Of a DNA stretch of 64,000 nucleotides, positions 16,188-26,384 are shown piece after piece. The position numbers were made by a program, and so were the translations under genes. The stretch's first letter is position 1, and each line of letters opens with the position of its first letter. The stretch comes from Spirochaetia bacterium (GTDB lineage Bacteria; Spirochaetota; Spirochaetia; DSM-2461). The notes under the pieces are model-generated. The model worked only from the letters and a program-made list of their open reading frames with translations, was not told where the DNA came from and searched no databases. The stretch is from contig OY764216.1 of assembly GCA_963668315.1 (NCBI GenBank), positions 352,001 to 416,000 on the forward strand. Reading direction: 5' to 3'.

Positions 16188-18758
16188 GTGAAACACTGGA
16201 AAAGTCATTTCCTGATCATTCTCCTCTTCTTCTCTTTCACTGTCTTCGGCCAGGAGACAGGGCCTGCGTCAGGAGTGCTGACCCTGGAAAGCGATGTTCT
16301 ATCTGAACCGGTGTCCCTGGCGGGCGAATGGGATTTCTATCCGGGAATACTCTCTTCCGAGCCCTGGGAAAGGGAAAGCCCCCTGAAGGTGACCCTCCCC
16401 GATAACTGGGATGAATACAACGGCAGTCACTTCGGTGCGGGAACCTACCGCCTGCATATTATTCTGCATCAGAAGCAGAACCTGATGGCTCTCTGGGTAC
16501 GGGAGAATGTCCAGGCCATGAGAATCAATATCGACGGAGAAAATATCTACGCCACCGGCAGAGTCAGCCCGGACGGCAAAGACGCCTACCCCGGGATGAA
16601 CGGGCGGCTGGCCATATTCCATCCACCGGCAAATGAATTTGACCTGACGATAGAAGTGTCCAACTGGCATCACAGACTCAGCGGCCTGAATATGCCCATC
16701 TTTCTGGGCACCTACGATGTTCTTTCCAGACATTTTGCCAAACTGGCCTCGCTGGATATATTCATCATGGGTATTGCCTTCTCCTTCTTCTTCCTCTATC
16801 TCTCTTTTTATATTAAAAGGCCGGAGAACAGGGTCACCCTCTGGTTCGCCCTCCTCTGCCTGTCCATGGGGATCCGCATCGGCCTGACCAATACATCCCA
16901 GCTTGAATCGTTCCTGGGAGAGGGCTGGGTGATCATCAGCAAGAAGACCGAATATCTGACTTTCCTGGGAGCCGTTTTCTTCTTCGTTTACTATATCGAA
17001 TCCCTCCTGACGAAATTCAAAGTAAGCTGGTTTGCCACCATCTTCATGATCCCTCTCTATTTCTACGCCCTGATTATTATCTTCACGCCCATGACGGTTT
17101 ACTCCTTTCTCCTGCCCTTTTTTCAGTTCTACTCGCTTATCTTCGTTTTTTACCTGATGTTTATACTCTTCAAGGCAAGGAAGAATCCCAGCGGCACGTC
17201 ATACCGTCTCTTCGGAGAGTGTCTCTTTATGATTGCCTGCCTCGTTTACGATGTTCTGTTCTATAACGGGTTCTTTAAAAGGGGTCCCATAGCCAGCTAT
17301 ACCCTATTCACGGTCATCTTTATGGAAGGCCTGTTCCAGGCGGGTTTTCTCTCAAAAATCCTGAACAGGCTGGAGATTCTCACGGAGAAATACCGCAGAA
17401 GCATAGAAGAGATAAGCCAGAGCCGGCTGGAGATTGAGCAGCAGAGCAAACAGCTGAACTGGCTCGCCCTTTACGATCAGCTCACCGGGCTGCCCAATCG
17501 GTATAACCTGACGGAAGTACTGAAGATAGGCATATCGCGGGCCGAAAGAAATAGAACCAAAATAGCCGTTCTCTATATGGACCTTGATAATTTCAAGGAT
17601 ATCAACGATTCGCTGGGCCATAACCGGGGCGATGAACTCCTGCGCCTTGTCTCCGAAAGATTCCAGAACAGCATCCGGAAGGTGGACTCCCTGTTTAGAA
17701 TGGGGGGAGATGAGTTCGCCCTGGTCTGTTCTGACCTGGCGGCCAAAGAGCAGGTGGAAAGCATTCAGGATAAGCTGATTAAGGCCCTTAAGGACCCCTT
17801 TCTCATCAAAGACCAGCCGCTGAAGATCTCCCTGAGCATAGGTGCCGCCTTCTTTCCCGACGACGGGGATAATATGGATATCCTCATAAAGAATGCCGAA
17901 CTGGCCATGTACCAGGCCAAGAATCATGGGAAAAACCATTTCGTCCCCTACAATGATAATATCCATAACAACAGACTCTCCCGCATCAATCTGGCGAATA
18001 AAATGAAGAGAGCCCTGGAAGTGGGCCACTACAAGCTCTACTATCAGGCCCAGATAGACGGCTCCACCGGCAAGCTCTACGGCTTTGAAGCGCTGATACG
18101 CTGGATCGATCCGGAAAACGGGATTGTCCCCCCCGACAAATTCATTCCCATCGCGGAAGAGAACGGCTTTATAGCCCAGATAGGCCGCTGGACTCTCCAG
18201 GAAGCCTGCCGCCAGATAAAGGAGTGGAGGGACAGGGGGTTCAGCGGCTTTACCGTGTCGGTGAATATTTCGGCCTACCAGTTCGGGCTGGACCATTTTA
18301 TCTTCGATTTCCGGGAGATTCTGGAGAAAAGCAAAATCGATCCCTCCTTCCTAAAAGTGGAACTGACGGAGACTCTGCTCATGGCCAACCCCCATCTGGC
18401 CCAGAGAAAGATGGAACAGCTTCAGGAGATGGGCGTGAATATCGCCCTGGACGACTTCGGAACGGGATACTCCAGCCTAAGCTATCTGAATATTTTCCCG
18501 GTGAACTACCTGAAAATTGACAAGGCCTTTATTCGGGATGTCCACAAAGACGGTTTTAACAAAAAGCTCACCACGAGCATCATTTCCCTGGCGAAAAACC
18601 TCGAGCTCGAACTTATCGCCGAAGGTGTGGAAACGGAAGAGGAGAAGAATTTTGTCGTGGAACAGGGCTGCCACATCATTCAGGGATATGTCTATTCCAA
18701 ACCGGTCCCGGCCCAGAGGGCTGAGCTCTTCTTCACCACAGCGGCCGCGATCTCCTGA
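16188..18758 (+). CDS. 7TM-DISM-type sensor diguanylate cyclase/phosphodiesterase (GGDEF + EAL)
   Basis: Signal peptide, jelly-roll 'LAGEWDFY..LPDNW..GTYRL', 7 TM, intact GGDEF with RKVD I-site, 'EALIRW', 'DDFGTGYSS'. Confidence 0.92.
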   Translation: MKHWKSHFLIILLFFSFTVFGQETGPASGVLTLESDVLSEPVSLAGEWDFYPGILSSEPWERESPLKVTLPDNWDEYNGSHFGAGTYRLHIILHQKQNLMALWVRENVQAMRINIDGENIYATGRVSPDGKDAYPGMNGRLAIFHPPANEFDLTIEVSNWHHRLSGLNMPIFLGTYDVLSRHFAKLASLDIFIMGIAFSFFFLYLSFYIKRPENRVTLWFALLCLSMGIRIGLTNTSQLESFLGEGWVIISKKTEYLTFLGAVFFFVYYIESLLTKFKVSWFATIFMIPLYFYALIIIFTPMTVYSFLLPFFQFYSLIFVFYLMFILFKARKNPSGTSYRLFGECLFMIACLVYDVLFYNGFFKRGPIASYTLFTVIFMEGLFQAGFLSKILNRLEILTEKYRRSIEEISQSRLEIEQQSKQLNWLALYDQLTGLPNRYNLTEVLKIGISRAERNRTKIAVLYMDLDNFKDINDSLGHNRGDELLRLVSERFQNSIRKVDSLFRMGGDEFALVCSDLAAKEQVESIQDKLIKALKDPFLIKDQPLKISLSIGAAFFPDDGDNMDILIKNAELAMYQAKNHGKNHFVPYNDNIHNNRLSRINLANKMKRALEVGHYKLYYQAQIDGSTGKLYGFEALIRWIDPENGIVPPDKFIPIAEENGFIAQIGRWTLQEACRQIKEWRDRGFSGFTVSVNISAYQFGLDHFIFDFREILEKSKIDPSFLKVELTETLLMANPHLAQRKMEQLQEMGVNIALDDFGTGYSSLSYLNIFPVNYLKIDKAFIRDVHKDGFNKKLTTSIISLAKNLELELIAEGVETEEEKNFVVEQGCHIIQGYVYSKPVPAQRAELFFTTAAAIS

Positions 18759-18796
18759 TCGGACATAATCCATCGGGGCAAAAGGGGCCCATGCGA

Positions 18797-18825
18797 TTGA
18801 CAAGTCTTCCTTTTTCCGGGAGAAT
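18797..18825 (+). promoter_or_regulatory. Sigma70 promoter TTGACA-17-GAGAAT
   Basis: TTGACA 18797-18802, GAGAAT 18820-18825, upstream of SNF2 ATG 18843. Confidence 0.6.
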
Positions 18826-18842
18826 AGATTGTCTACGCCCCT

Positions 18843-21800
18843 ATGGATATGAAGACACTTTACCTGCCCGAAATCGATACATTAAGTAAACCGGATAACC
18901 TGGATGAACTCAAAACACTTCTTTCCCAGAACAGATTATACAATCTGAAGAGCGGAGAGAACCGTCATTCGGCCTACATCCTGCCCCCCCGCAAACCTCT
19001 TCCTCTCCATATTACATCGGATTTTCACAGCAATAGAATAGAATGGGACTGCGAATGCGGCAGCGAATCCCCCTGCGAACACTGGTGGATGCTGATTCTC
19101 AGACTGCACGGAGAGGGAAAACTCGCCGACGAGGACGCCGGACGGCTGATCGAGGATAAACTTGAGGACAAACCGTCCCGGGAGCAGGAGAACGATCTCT
19201 TCGAAGGACTGTCGCTGTTCTCCGGCATGGATCTCTTTTCCCGGGAGGAAGAGAAGGACAGCTACCATCTGCTGTTTCAGCTGTACGAAGATTCCGAGGA
19301 CGGCGTTCTTCTCATAAGGCCGGTTCTCTGCCATCTCCTCCCCGACGGCCGGGAGGGCAATATCTCTCCCTGGAAAAGGGATAAACTGACCCGGCCCCTG
19401 TCTGAACAGGAAGAGGCCCTCGTCTATCGTCTTACCAAGGAAGCAGATGACGGGCTGGGTGTTCCGGCACGGGATATCATGGACGACTGGGAGAATATTC
19501 CCCTCTGCTTCGGGACAAGGGGCGTTCCTGTCAAACCCGTCAAATTCGATAATCTCACCATCACATTCAAGCTGAATAACTATATTCCCGACCGGGGTGT
19601 CATCTTTCTGCCCCTATTTACGCTGCGCCAGGGAACCCGCAATGTGACGTCTCCCCTTTCCCGGGAAAAACTGGAGATTTCCGGCGGAGCCATTCTTCAT
19701 CTTTCCGAAAACCGGCAGAATCTCTTCTATTTTCCCGAGCAGAAGGAGAGTTCCTACTTCATCAAACTCCTCCTCTCCCGGACGGGCGGTTTTCTCGAAA
19801 AGGACCTGAAAGGGCTCAACGCCATGGCTGCGAAACTGGGAATTAACTCCATAGCACTGGACCTGGATCATCTGTCCACCGAAATCCGGGAAGAGGCCCC
19901 CAAGCCCATTCTTAAGATCCGGAACCGGTCGGACAGAACGGAAATCTTTTTCTACTTCCGTTACGGCGATCAGGAACTCCCCTCACAGATGCTTGAGAAC
20001 TACAAAACGGTTCAAACCGCCGACAACATCATTATATACCGGAGAAACAGAACGGCCGAGAAGGAGTTCCTTACCATCCTCACCAATATCCTTGAAGGGG
20101 AGCTGCAATACGAGCGGGGTTATTATTCCGGTTTTATGGCGGGAGAGGAGTCGGAGGACCTTCGTCTGAGTATCGATGTGCCCGCTTTTCTGACCTGGTA
20201 CGGAGCGGAACTGAAGAACGCCGGCGCGGAAGTGCAGCTGGAAAACCGCCCCGTCACCCTGGGCGGCTCCCTCTCTTTCCAGATAAAAAGGGAAAGCGAC
20301 CTCCTCAAAGTGAATGCCGAGGTCACAATTGACGATGAAACGGCCCAGATCATGCTTGACGAGTATTACTCCGAAATGGGTCTGATCAGAGCGGGAAACA
20401 ACTATGTCGTCCTGGACGAAGACGCTATGGAACAGCTGGATAAGCTCCGCAGGCAGGGGCTGAACGAAGAGGGAGACCTGGAAACGTCCCTCTCCAATAT
20501 TCCCGTGCTGGAAACCCTCTCCCAGGCCACAGGCCATGAAGAGAGGCTGATAGAGGAGAATTTGAGTACCCTCCGCAGTCTGGAAAGCGTCAGCACCATA
20601 GAGGACACCCCCCTTCCCCTGCGCTTTAAAACGGAATTGCGCCATTACCAGGTCCACGGCTACAACTGGCTCAACTTCCTCCATAACTACGGTCTGAACG
20701 GCTGCCTCGCCGATGACATGGGACTGGGGAAGACCATACAGACCCTTGCTTTTCTGCAAGGCCTCAAGGAGAAGGGCGAACTGGGCACCTCCCTCCTCAT
20801 CACTCCCGTGGTCACCCTGCCTAACTGGGAGGGGGAAATAAGCAAATTCGCCCCGGAAATAGAGTACACACGCCATTCAGGACGCAACCGGGCCGATCAC
20901 TCCGATTATTTCAAAGGACTGGACCTGGTCATCGTAAGCTACCAGACCATCCGCTACGACATAGAGCTCTTCCTGGACAGGGAGTACGATTACGTGATCC
21001 TCGACGAAGGCCACTATATCAAGAACGCCACATCCCAGACCTTCAAGTCTATCTCCCGCCTTAAGAGCCGCCACCGGCTCTCCCTGACCGGTACGCCCAT
21101 AGAGAACAACACCTCCGAACTCTGGTCGCAGATGACCTTTCTGAATCCGGGACTTCTGGGCACCATGAGGGAGTTTCAGGAAAGGTTCGCCATCCCCATA
21201 GAAAAACAACACGATGAGGATGCGGCCGTACTGCTGAGAAAGACCGTTTTCCCCTTCATTCTCCGCCGTAAAAAGGAAGAAGTCGCCACCGATCTGCCCC
21301 CCCGGGAGGAGATACTCCACTATCTGGATATGTCCTCCGAGCAGGAAGAGGTCTATAATCGCCAGAAAGACTTTTACCGGGCCCTTGTCGACGGCCTTCT
21401 GGAGCGGGAAGGGCTTAATAAGGCCTCCATCGAGATCTTCTCCTACATACTTAAAATGAGACAGCTTGCCATTCACCCCCCCATGATGGGCGAGGATTAC
21501 AAGCACATACCCTCCTGCAAGATGGATTCCCTTATCAACCTGCTGGACAAGCTCAAGGGTGAGGATCACAAGGTCCTCATCTTCTCCCAGTTCCTGGGGA
21601 CCCTGGAGTACCTGAGAAGGCTGTGCGAAAGCAGGAACTGGCTCTATTCGCATATTACGGGAGAAACGGAGGACCGGCGTGTAGAGATAGACCGTTTCCA
21701 GAACAATCCGGATGTGCGCATCTTCCTCTTAAGTCTCAAGGCGGGAGGAATCGGCATTAACTTGACAGCCGCGGACTACGTTATCCTCTTCGACCCCTGG

Positions 21801-22019
21801 TGGAATCCCGCGGTGGAACAGCAGGCGGTGGACAGGGCCTACCGCATAGGTCAAACCAGAAAGGTCATAACCTACAAGTTCATAACGCGCAACACCATAG
21901 AAGAGAAAATCCTGGCCATGCAGGAAGAGAAGAAAGACCTGGCCGATAAGATCATTACCGAAGAGCAGGGCTTTGTGAAAAACCTCACCGGACGGGAGAT
22001 TCTGGATCTGTTCCTATGA
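18843..22019 (+). CDS. SNF2-family (SWIM zinc finger) DEAD/DEAH helicase
   Basis: SWIM 'CECG....CEH', 'LADDMGLGKT', 'DEGH', 'LTGTPIEN', 'DPWWNPAVEQQAVDRAYRIGQ'. Confidence 0.93.
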   Translation: MDMKTLYLPEIDTLSKPDNLDELKTLLSQNRLYNLKSGENRHSAYILPPRKPLPLHITSDFHSNRIEWDCECGSESPCEHWWMLILRLHGEGKLADEDAGRLIEDKLEDKPSREQENDLFEGLSLFSGMDLFSREEEKDSYHLLFQLYEDSEDGVLLIRPVLCHLLPDGREGNISPWKRDKLTRPLSEQEEALVYRLTKEADDGLGVPARDIMDDWENIPLCFGTRGVPVKPVKFDNLTITFKLNNYIPDRGVIFLPLFTLRQGTRNVTSPLSREKLEISGGAILHLSENRQNLFYFPEQKESSYFIKLLLSRTGGFLEKDLKGLNAMAAKLGINSIALDLDHLSTEIREEAPKPILKIRNRSDRTEIFFYFRYGDQELPSQMLENYKTVQTADNIIIYRRNRTAEKEFLTILTNILEGELQYERGYYSGFMAGEESEDLRLSIDVPAFLTWYGAELKNAGAEVQLENRPVTLGGSLSFQIKRESDLLKVNAEVTIDDETAQIMLDEYYSEMGLIRAGNNYVVLDEDAMEQLDKLRRQGLNEEGDLETSLSNIPVLETLSQATGHEERLIEENLSTLRSLESVSTIEDTPLPLRFKTELRHYQVHGYNWLNFLHNYGLNGCLADDMGLGKTIQTLAFLQGLKEKGELGTSLLITPVVTLPNWEGEISKFAPEIEYTRHSGRNRADHSDYFKGLDLVIVSYQTIRYDIELFLDREYDYVILDEGHYIKNATSQTFKSISRLKSRHRLSLTGTPIENNTSELWSQMTFLNPGLLGTMREFQERFAIPIEKQHDEDAAVLLRKTVFPFILRRKKEEVATDLPPREEILHYLDMSSEQEEVYNRQKDFYRALVDGLLEREGLNKASIEIFSYILKMRQLAIHPPMMGEDYKHIPSCKMDSLINLLDKLKGEDHKVLIFSQFLGTLEYLRRLCESRNWLYSHITGETEDRRVEIDRFQNNPDVRIFLLSLKAGGIGINLTAADYVILFDPWWNPAVEQQAVDRAYRIGQTRKVITYKFITRNTIEEKILAMQEEKKDLADKIITEEQGFVKNLTGREILDLFL

Positions 22020-23810
22020 CAAAGCCTTTTTCTCAACGATGGTGAAGTAACCGACACTGTTATGGATCTCTTCGATATTCTCCACGACGCCCCGGACGCG
22101 ATCAAAAATAGAGGATACGCTCAGCTGAACATCACGTGTACCGACCCCGATCTCTTCGACAGCCTGCTGTACCTGGGCGGAGATTCCTTCGGTATTGAGA
22201 ACATGCCTTTCCACGTCCTTACTGACCTTCTTCATGTTGTCCGTCGCATCTCCGACCCTGGAACTGACTTCGGACAGATGCGTCACAACCAGGGATAGTT
22301 CAGAAGTTCCCGCGCTCATCTCTTCCATCTTCTTATTGATCTCTGTGAAAGTTGTCAGAACATTGGCCACCTCAGAGCCAATGGCATTGAAAGCGTCGGT
22401 CGCCTGGGCGGTCTCCTCTTCCATTGATTGGATCTGCTTTACAGCCTGATTGATGATATCCCTGATGAGGACGGCATTTTTATTCGTATCTTCCGCCAGT
22501 TTACGCATCTCATCGGCCACAACCGCAAATCCCCCTCCCTGCTGACCGGCATGGGCCGCCTCGATGGCCGCATTCATGGAAAGCAGAGAGGATTTACCGC
22601 TTACCGCAGAAATCAGCTTGGTTATGGAATTCATATACTCAATATATTCGCCGAGTTTCTCGGCTGTCCCGGCAGAGGCAGCCAATTTATCCCGGCCCGT
22701 TTCAAATACCTCTTCCAGCACCTTGGCCGATTCACTTCTGGAATGGGTGGTCCTTGTGACAATATCTATCGAATGGAGCATCTTATCAACCGACGCGGAA
22801 GACTGTGTCACGGCGCTGATCTGCTGTGAGACATGACCGTCCAGGGTATCGGCGGTGGTGGAAATTTCCTGAGCGGAAACGGTAAGCTCCTTGATCATAT
22901 CCTCTAGCGAAACCGTCTGGGAACGTATCGAATCCAGATTGGCCCCAATCTCTGTTAAGGCGGCCTGAGTCTCTTCCGTGGCTTCCGTCAGCCCCTCCTG
23001 GACCTGCTCGCTGTTGCTGGAGATCTCCTCGGAAACATTCAGTATTTTGCTGATTACCGCGCTGAGGGATTCAATAAGGTGATTGATGGCGGAACTGAGG
23101 TACTCTATCTCGATAAACCGGGAATCGGGAAGGGAATGATCCAGATTCCCGTCGGCGACCGAAAGGGCGATAGAACTGAGCCCCTCGATAGGACGGGACA
23201 GCAATGATGTGGAGAACAGGGCAAAAAGAGTTGAAAGGACAACAGATACGGAGATGGCAATGAGAGAGATTCTGTTTATCAGCTGCAGATCCCTGTGGAT
23301 TTCAAAGGAACTGAGGGAGACCAGATCCGAAGCGGCGGAGCGCATATCTTCTACGAGTTCCGATGCCTCCTCGGCCAGAGCCCCGAAATCCTCCAGGAGA
23401 TAATACCCTTCATCCATATCGCCCGTGCCGAACAGGTCGGCCATATCAAGGCCCGCCTCATACATCTCACCGGTAAGACTTAACAGTTCATCCAATTCTG
23501 TAATCTGCTCATCGCTGGACTGTTGTTTCAGACTTTGAATAAACTGGCGGATATCGCTGTAAATCTGATCTGCCCTGTCGATCCCGAAGGAATCGCCCGT
23601 CAGGGCGGAATCCAGCAGCCAACGCTGGATGGTTATGAGAGAAACCGCAATTTCTTCGAGCCGCCGTGCCCGGGGCAATTTCTCGCTCTGGATGGATTCT
23701 GTAATAATTATGCTTTTCTGATTGAACAGGACGGTAAATATGGCGCTAGAGGAAAAAAGTATGATTATAACAGCCGAAGACAAGAGAAGCCTGTTTCTTA
23801 TTTTTGTCAA
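22014..23810 (-). CDS. Methyl-accepting chemotaxis protein
   Basis: Two TM flanking a helical periplasmic domain, HAMP, hairpin tip 'LLSMNAAIEAAHAG..GGGFAVVADEMRKLAE'; TTG start with GGAGA RBS. Confidence 0.92.
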   Translation of the reverse strand: MTKIRNRLLLSSAVIIILFSSSAIFTVLFNQKSIIITESIQSEKLPRARRLEEIAVSLITIQRWLLDSALTGDSFGIDRADQIYSDIRQFIQSLKQQSSDEQITELDELLSLTGEMYEAGLDMADLFGTGDMDEGYYLLEDFGALAEEASELVEDMRSAASDLVSLSSFEIHRDLQLINRISLIAISVSVVLSTLFALFSTSLLSRPIEGLSSIALSVADGNLDHSLPDSRFIEIEYLSSAINHLIESLSAVISKILNVSEEISSNSEQVQEGLTEATEETQAALTEIGANLDSIRSQTVSLEDMIKELTVSAQEISTTADTLDGHVSQQISAVTQSSASVDKMLHSIDIVTRTTHSRSESAKVLEEVFETGRDKLAASAGTAEKLGEYIEYMNSITKLISAVSGKSSLLSMNAAIEAAHAGQQGGGFAVVADEMRKLAEDTNKNAVLIRDIINQAVKQIQSMEEETAQATDAFNAIGSEVANVLTTFTEINKKMEEMSAGTSELSLVVTHLSEVSSRVGDATDNMKKVSKDVERHVLNTEGISAQVQQAVEEIGVGTRDVQLSVSSIFDRVRGVVENIEEIHNSVGYFTIVEKKALS

Positions 23811-23834
23811 TTTGGATCTCCGTTTTTACTGATT

Positions 23835-24515
23835 TCAGCCAGTGATGAGATCGGAAAGATTTCCGATCAGGTCCTGCAGCTCCTGAACGGAACTCACAAC
23901 CTTGCCTGCGTTCTCCCTTTTAATGGCACTCTCCAGCTCTTCCATGGCGTCATCAATCTCTTCGGACAGGGGATCTATACCGCTGACGGATGAGTAGTTC
24001 TCAAATATTTCCTCCCAGAACTCCTCAATCTCTTCCAGTTCATCCTCGGCACCTTCCCACTCACCCTCTTCGAGTACCTCTTCCTTCAACTCATCCAGCT
24101 GTCTATCGATAAAATCAAGCAGCGGAGGAGTCCGGTAGCTAAAGGCATCCATTATCCTGAAGAGAGCCATGGAAAGTTCAATTCTCCTCTCTTCAAAGTC
24201 CTCACTGTCCGGTTTGTTCTGCCGGAGATCGGACGCATAATCGGAAAGATCAGCCTGCAGTCCGGACAGCAGTCCGCTCACTCCGGCGGCATTCAGCTCA
24301 CCGGCAATACTTTCCAGCCCGTCCTGCATTTTCTCAATGCTTTCAAGGGCTTCATCAAACTCACCCTCATCATGGGATTCCTCAAGAATCCGGATGTTCT
24401 CCGAAATGTATCTGAGATTACGGGGAGGCCTTGGTTTTGAGCCCGACTGGGCCGTAATTCCAGAGGCGGACAACAGAAAAATCGAAAGAATTACTATTAA
24501 TTTACTGGTGTTCAT
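23835..24515 (-). CDS. Exported acidic all-helical protein with internal duplication
   Basis: Signal peptide; two similar halves 'PP..L.YI..L..EGE(F/W)..A...(I/L)E'; very Glu/Asp-rich. Confidence 0.75.
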   Translation of the reverse strand: MNTSKLIVILSIFLLSASGITAQSGSKPRPPRNLRYISENIRILEESHDEGEFDEALESIEKMQDGLESIAGELNAAGVSGLLSGLQADLSDYASDLRQNKPDSEDFEERRIELSMALFRIMDAFSYRTPPLLDFIDRQLDELKEEVLEEGEWEGAEDELEEIEEFWEEIFENYSSVSGIDPLSEEIDDAMEELESAIKRENAGKVVSSVQELQDLIGNLSDLITG

Positions 24516-24521
24516 AAATTC

Positions 24522-24551
24522 ATTCTAATTCATCAATAAACCAGTTTTCAA
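24522..24551 (-). promoter_or_regulatory. Predicted leaderless promoter TTGAAA-18-TAGAAT
   Basis: -10 ends 6 nt before ATG 24515; no SD. Confidence 0.55.
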
Positions 24552-24599
24552 GAAAATAGATGAAATATTTTCATTAACTTACTGTCAATGAATAATTTA

Positions 24600-24989
24600 T
24601 CAGGGACGGCAATCGTTTAATAGTATTTCCAGCGCCCCGATGGACATGCTGACTTCCTTGATGGAGAGGCCGAGGGAGACCAGAAGACAGACCAGACTGA
24701 CGGCGAAGGTAATCTCTCCTAAGGTTACCAGATGAAGAAAAATCAGCAGCATCGTGGCTACACAGAGGAAAAAGGCAACGACACCGAAGATCTGCATATT
24801 GCGGATAAGATAAATACGGGAGCGCAGGTTCTTTATCTGAAGGCTCAGACCGTCATCCTCCCCTTCTCCCCCCTTCCTGTGCAGATCCCGTATTAGTCCG
24901 GCTATGGTCAGATAGCGGTTAGTGTAGGCAAGGAGCAGAAGGGATATGGCAGGAAAAAGCAAAGCCGGCGTTGTCAGTGTAAAATCCAT
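24600..24989 (-). CDS. DUF2721-family small membrane protein
   Basis: 'LTTPALLFPAISLLLLAYTNRYL..A.LIR.L', 'QIKNLR.RI.LIRNMQ.FGV' typical of this family; GGAGG RBS. Confidence 0.85.
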   Translation of the reverse strand: MDFTLTTPALLFPAISLLLLAYTNRYLTIAGLIRDLHRKGGEGEDDGLSLQIKNLRSRIYLIRNMQIFGVVAFFLCVATMLLIFLHLVTLGEITFAVSLVCLLVSLGLSIKEVSMSIGALEILLNDCRP

Positions 24990-25009
24990 AGGTTCCTCCC
25001 CTGTGCCAT

Positions 25010-25972
25010 CTAATAGCTGAATCGATAGGTAAAGCGTCCTTTGATGGGTTCATCCGTCTTACTGTAGTAAGAGGATTGTTCAAAGGCAAAAAGAACCGCC
25101 TCATCAATATCTTCGTAGCCGGAAGATCTGACCAGTTCCAGATTGTCCAGTTTATTCGCGACAGTGCTACCCGAAGGTATTACGGAAAAATTAATCGTCA
25201 CAGGCAGGAGCGTCCGGGTTGTTTTATACTCGGGAGAACGCATGTCATAGCCGGCTCTTTCGAGAATAGCCCATAGATCAGGCCTCTCCATCATGGGGAC
25301 CGGCCTGGAAAGCTCCAGCACTCCCCCGGCCTTTTTATCGTAGTATTTCAGCAGAAGAGTTCTGTTCTGTTCCGCCGTATAAAGATCGAAGGCATCGGGC
25401 TGCACCGAATTCAAAAGGCTTTCCAGACCGCCGTCTGCGGTAATAATCTTCTCGATGGTACGGGGCAGAGGCATATACTGGGCAATGGGGACCCATAAAC
25501 TGCGGCCGATCTCTCCCCCTTCGCTGTTCAGCTCGTAATTATTGCCCTTATCGCTTCCCCTTATCGGTTCAGGGGGGGCTGGCGGCGCGGTTTTTACTGC
25601 CGGCTTTTCAGAAGGCGTCGGCTCGGGAGTATCGGGAGTTACCTTTTCAGCGGGAAGAGTCGGCTCTACCGCGGGTTGCTCCACGGGAGCTATCTCGGGC
25701 TCCGGTTCAGTCTGGGGCTGAGTTTCTTCCGGTTCGGGAGGAGTTTCCTCGGGTGTCTCCCGGGGAGGAACGGGCTGCGGCACGTCTGCTCCTTCCGGTT
25801 CGCCGAGCCGGATGAGAACCGGTCCCTGGCTCATGCTGATATCCTTTCTTACAAAATGCTCCCAGGCCCAGTAACCCGAAATCAGGATAAGGTAAATGAG
25901 GAGAGCCGATCCCCAGGAGGTCAAGGTTCGTTTTCGATTTTCCCTGCGGACATATTCCGATTCCCTGGCCAT
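25010..25972 (-). CDS. TonB-like energy transducer
   Basis: One N-terminal TM, Pro/Glu-rich linker, C-terminal 'LVRSSGYEDIDEAVL.AF..' TonB_C motif; downstream of exbBD. Confidence 0.75.
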   Translation of the reverse strand: MARESEYVRRENRKRTLTSWGSALLIYLILISGYWAWEHFVRKDISMSQGPVLIRLGEPEGADVPQPVPPRETPEETPPEPEETQPQTEPEPEIAPVEQPAVEPTLPAEKVTPDTPEPTPSEKPAVKTAPPAPPEPIRGSDKGNNYELNSEGGEIGRSLWVPIAQYMPLPRTIEKIITADGGLESLLNSVQPDAFDLYTAEQNRTLLLKYYDKKAGGVLELSRPVPMMERPDLWAILERAGYDMRSPEYKTTRTLLPVTINFSVIPSGSTVANKLDNLELVRSSGYEDIDEAVLFAFEQSSYYSKTDEPIKGRFTYRFSY

Positions 25973-25976
25973 GATT

Positions 25977-26384
25977 TTACTCCGGGGGAAGGGTAATCAG
26001 ATTTGCCGCGGCGATTTCCCGAGCTCTCAGCATATCAAGAATCTGTATAAGCAGTTGGTAAGGAGCGTCGCTGTCCCCTTCCACAATTACCGGCTTTTCC
26101 TGATCCCTGAGGATGGGCGCCAGATTGTCCAGTTCTTCCTCAAGGGACGAAAGGGAGTGGAGATCTTCATTCAAATAGATCTCATCCTCGGAAACGAAGG
26201 TAATGCGCACCTGATCCACTTTGACGGAAACGGCCGTGGAGGACTCCGGCAGATTAAGCTCTATACCGGGGGCCGTATTGAAGGTGGTGGAGATCATAAA
26301 GAAAATCACCAGCTGGAATACCACGTCAATCAGCGGAGTAAGGTCAAGAGAGATCTGCGGCTTTAGTCGCCTGGCCAGTCTCAT
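25977..26384 (-). CDS. exbD: Biopolymer transport protein ExbD/TolR
   Basis: 'LTPLIDVVFQLVIFFMI' with conserved TM Asp; 'GD..APY'. Confidence 0.9.
   Translation of the reverse strand: MRLARRLKPQISLDLTPLIDVVFQLVIFFMISTTFNTAPGIELNLPESSTAVSVKVDQVRITFVSEDEIYLNEDLHSLSSLEEELDNLAPILRDQEKPVIVEGDSDAPYQLLIQILDMLRAREIAAANLITLPPE

Noticed and set aside
18843..22019. SNF2 helicase as part of a defence system (e.g. DISARM or Zorya)
   Set aside because: Stand-alone SWIM-SNF2 architecture with no methylase, nuclease or other defence gene adjacent.
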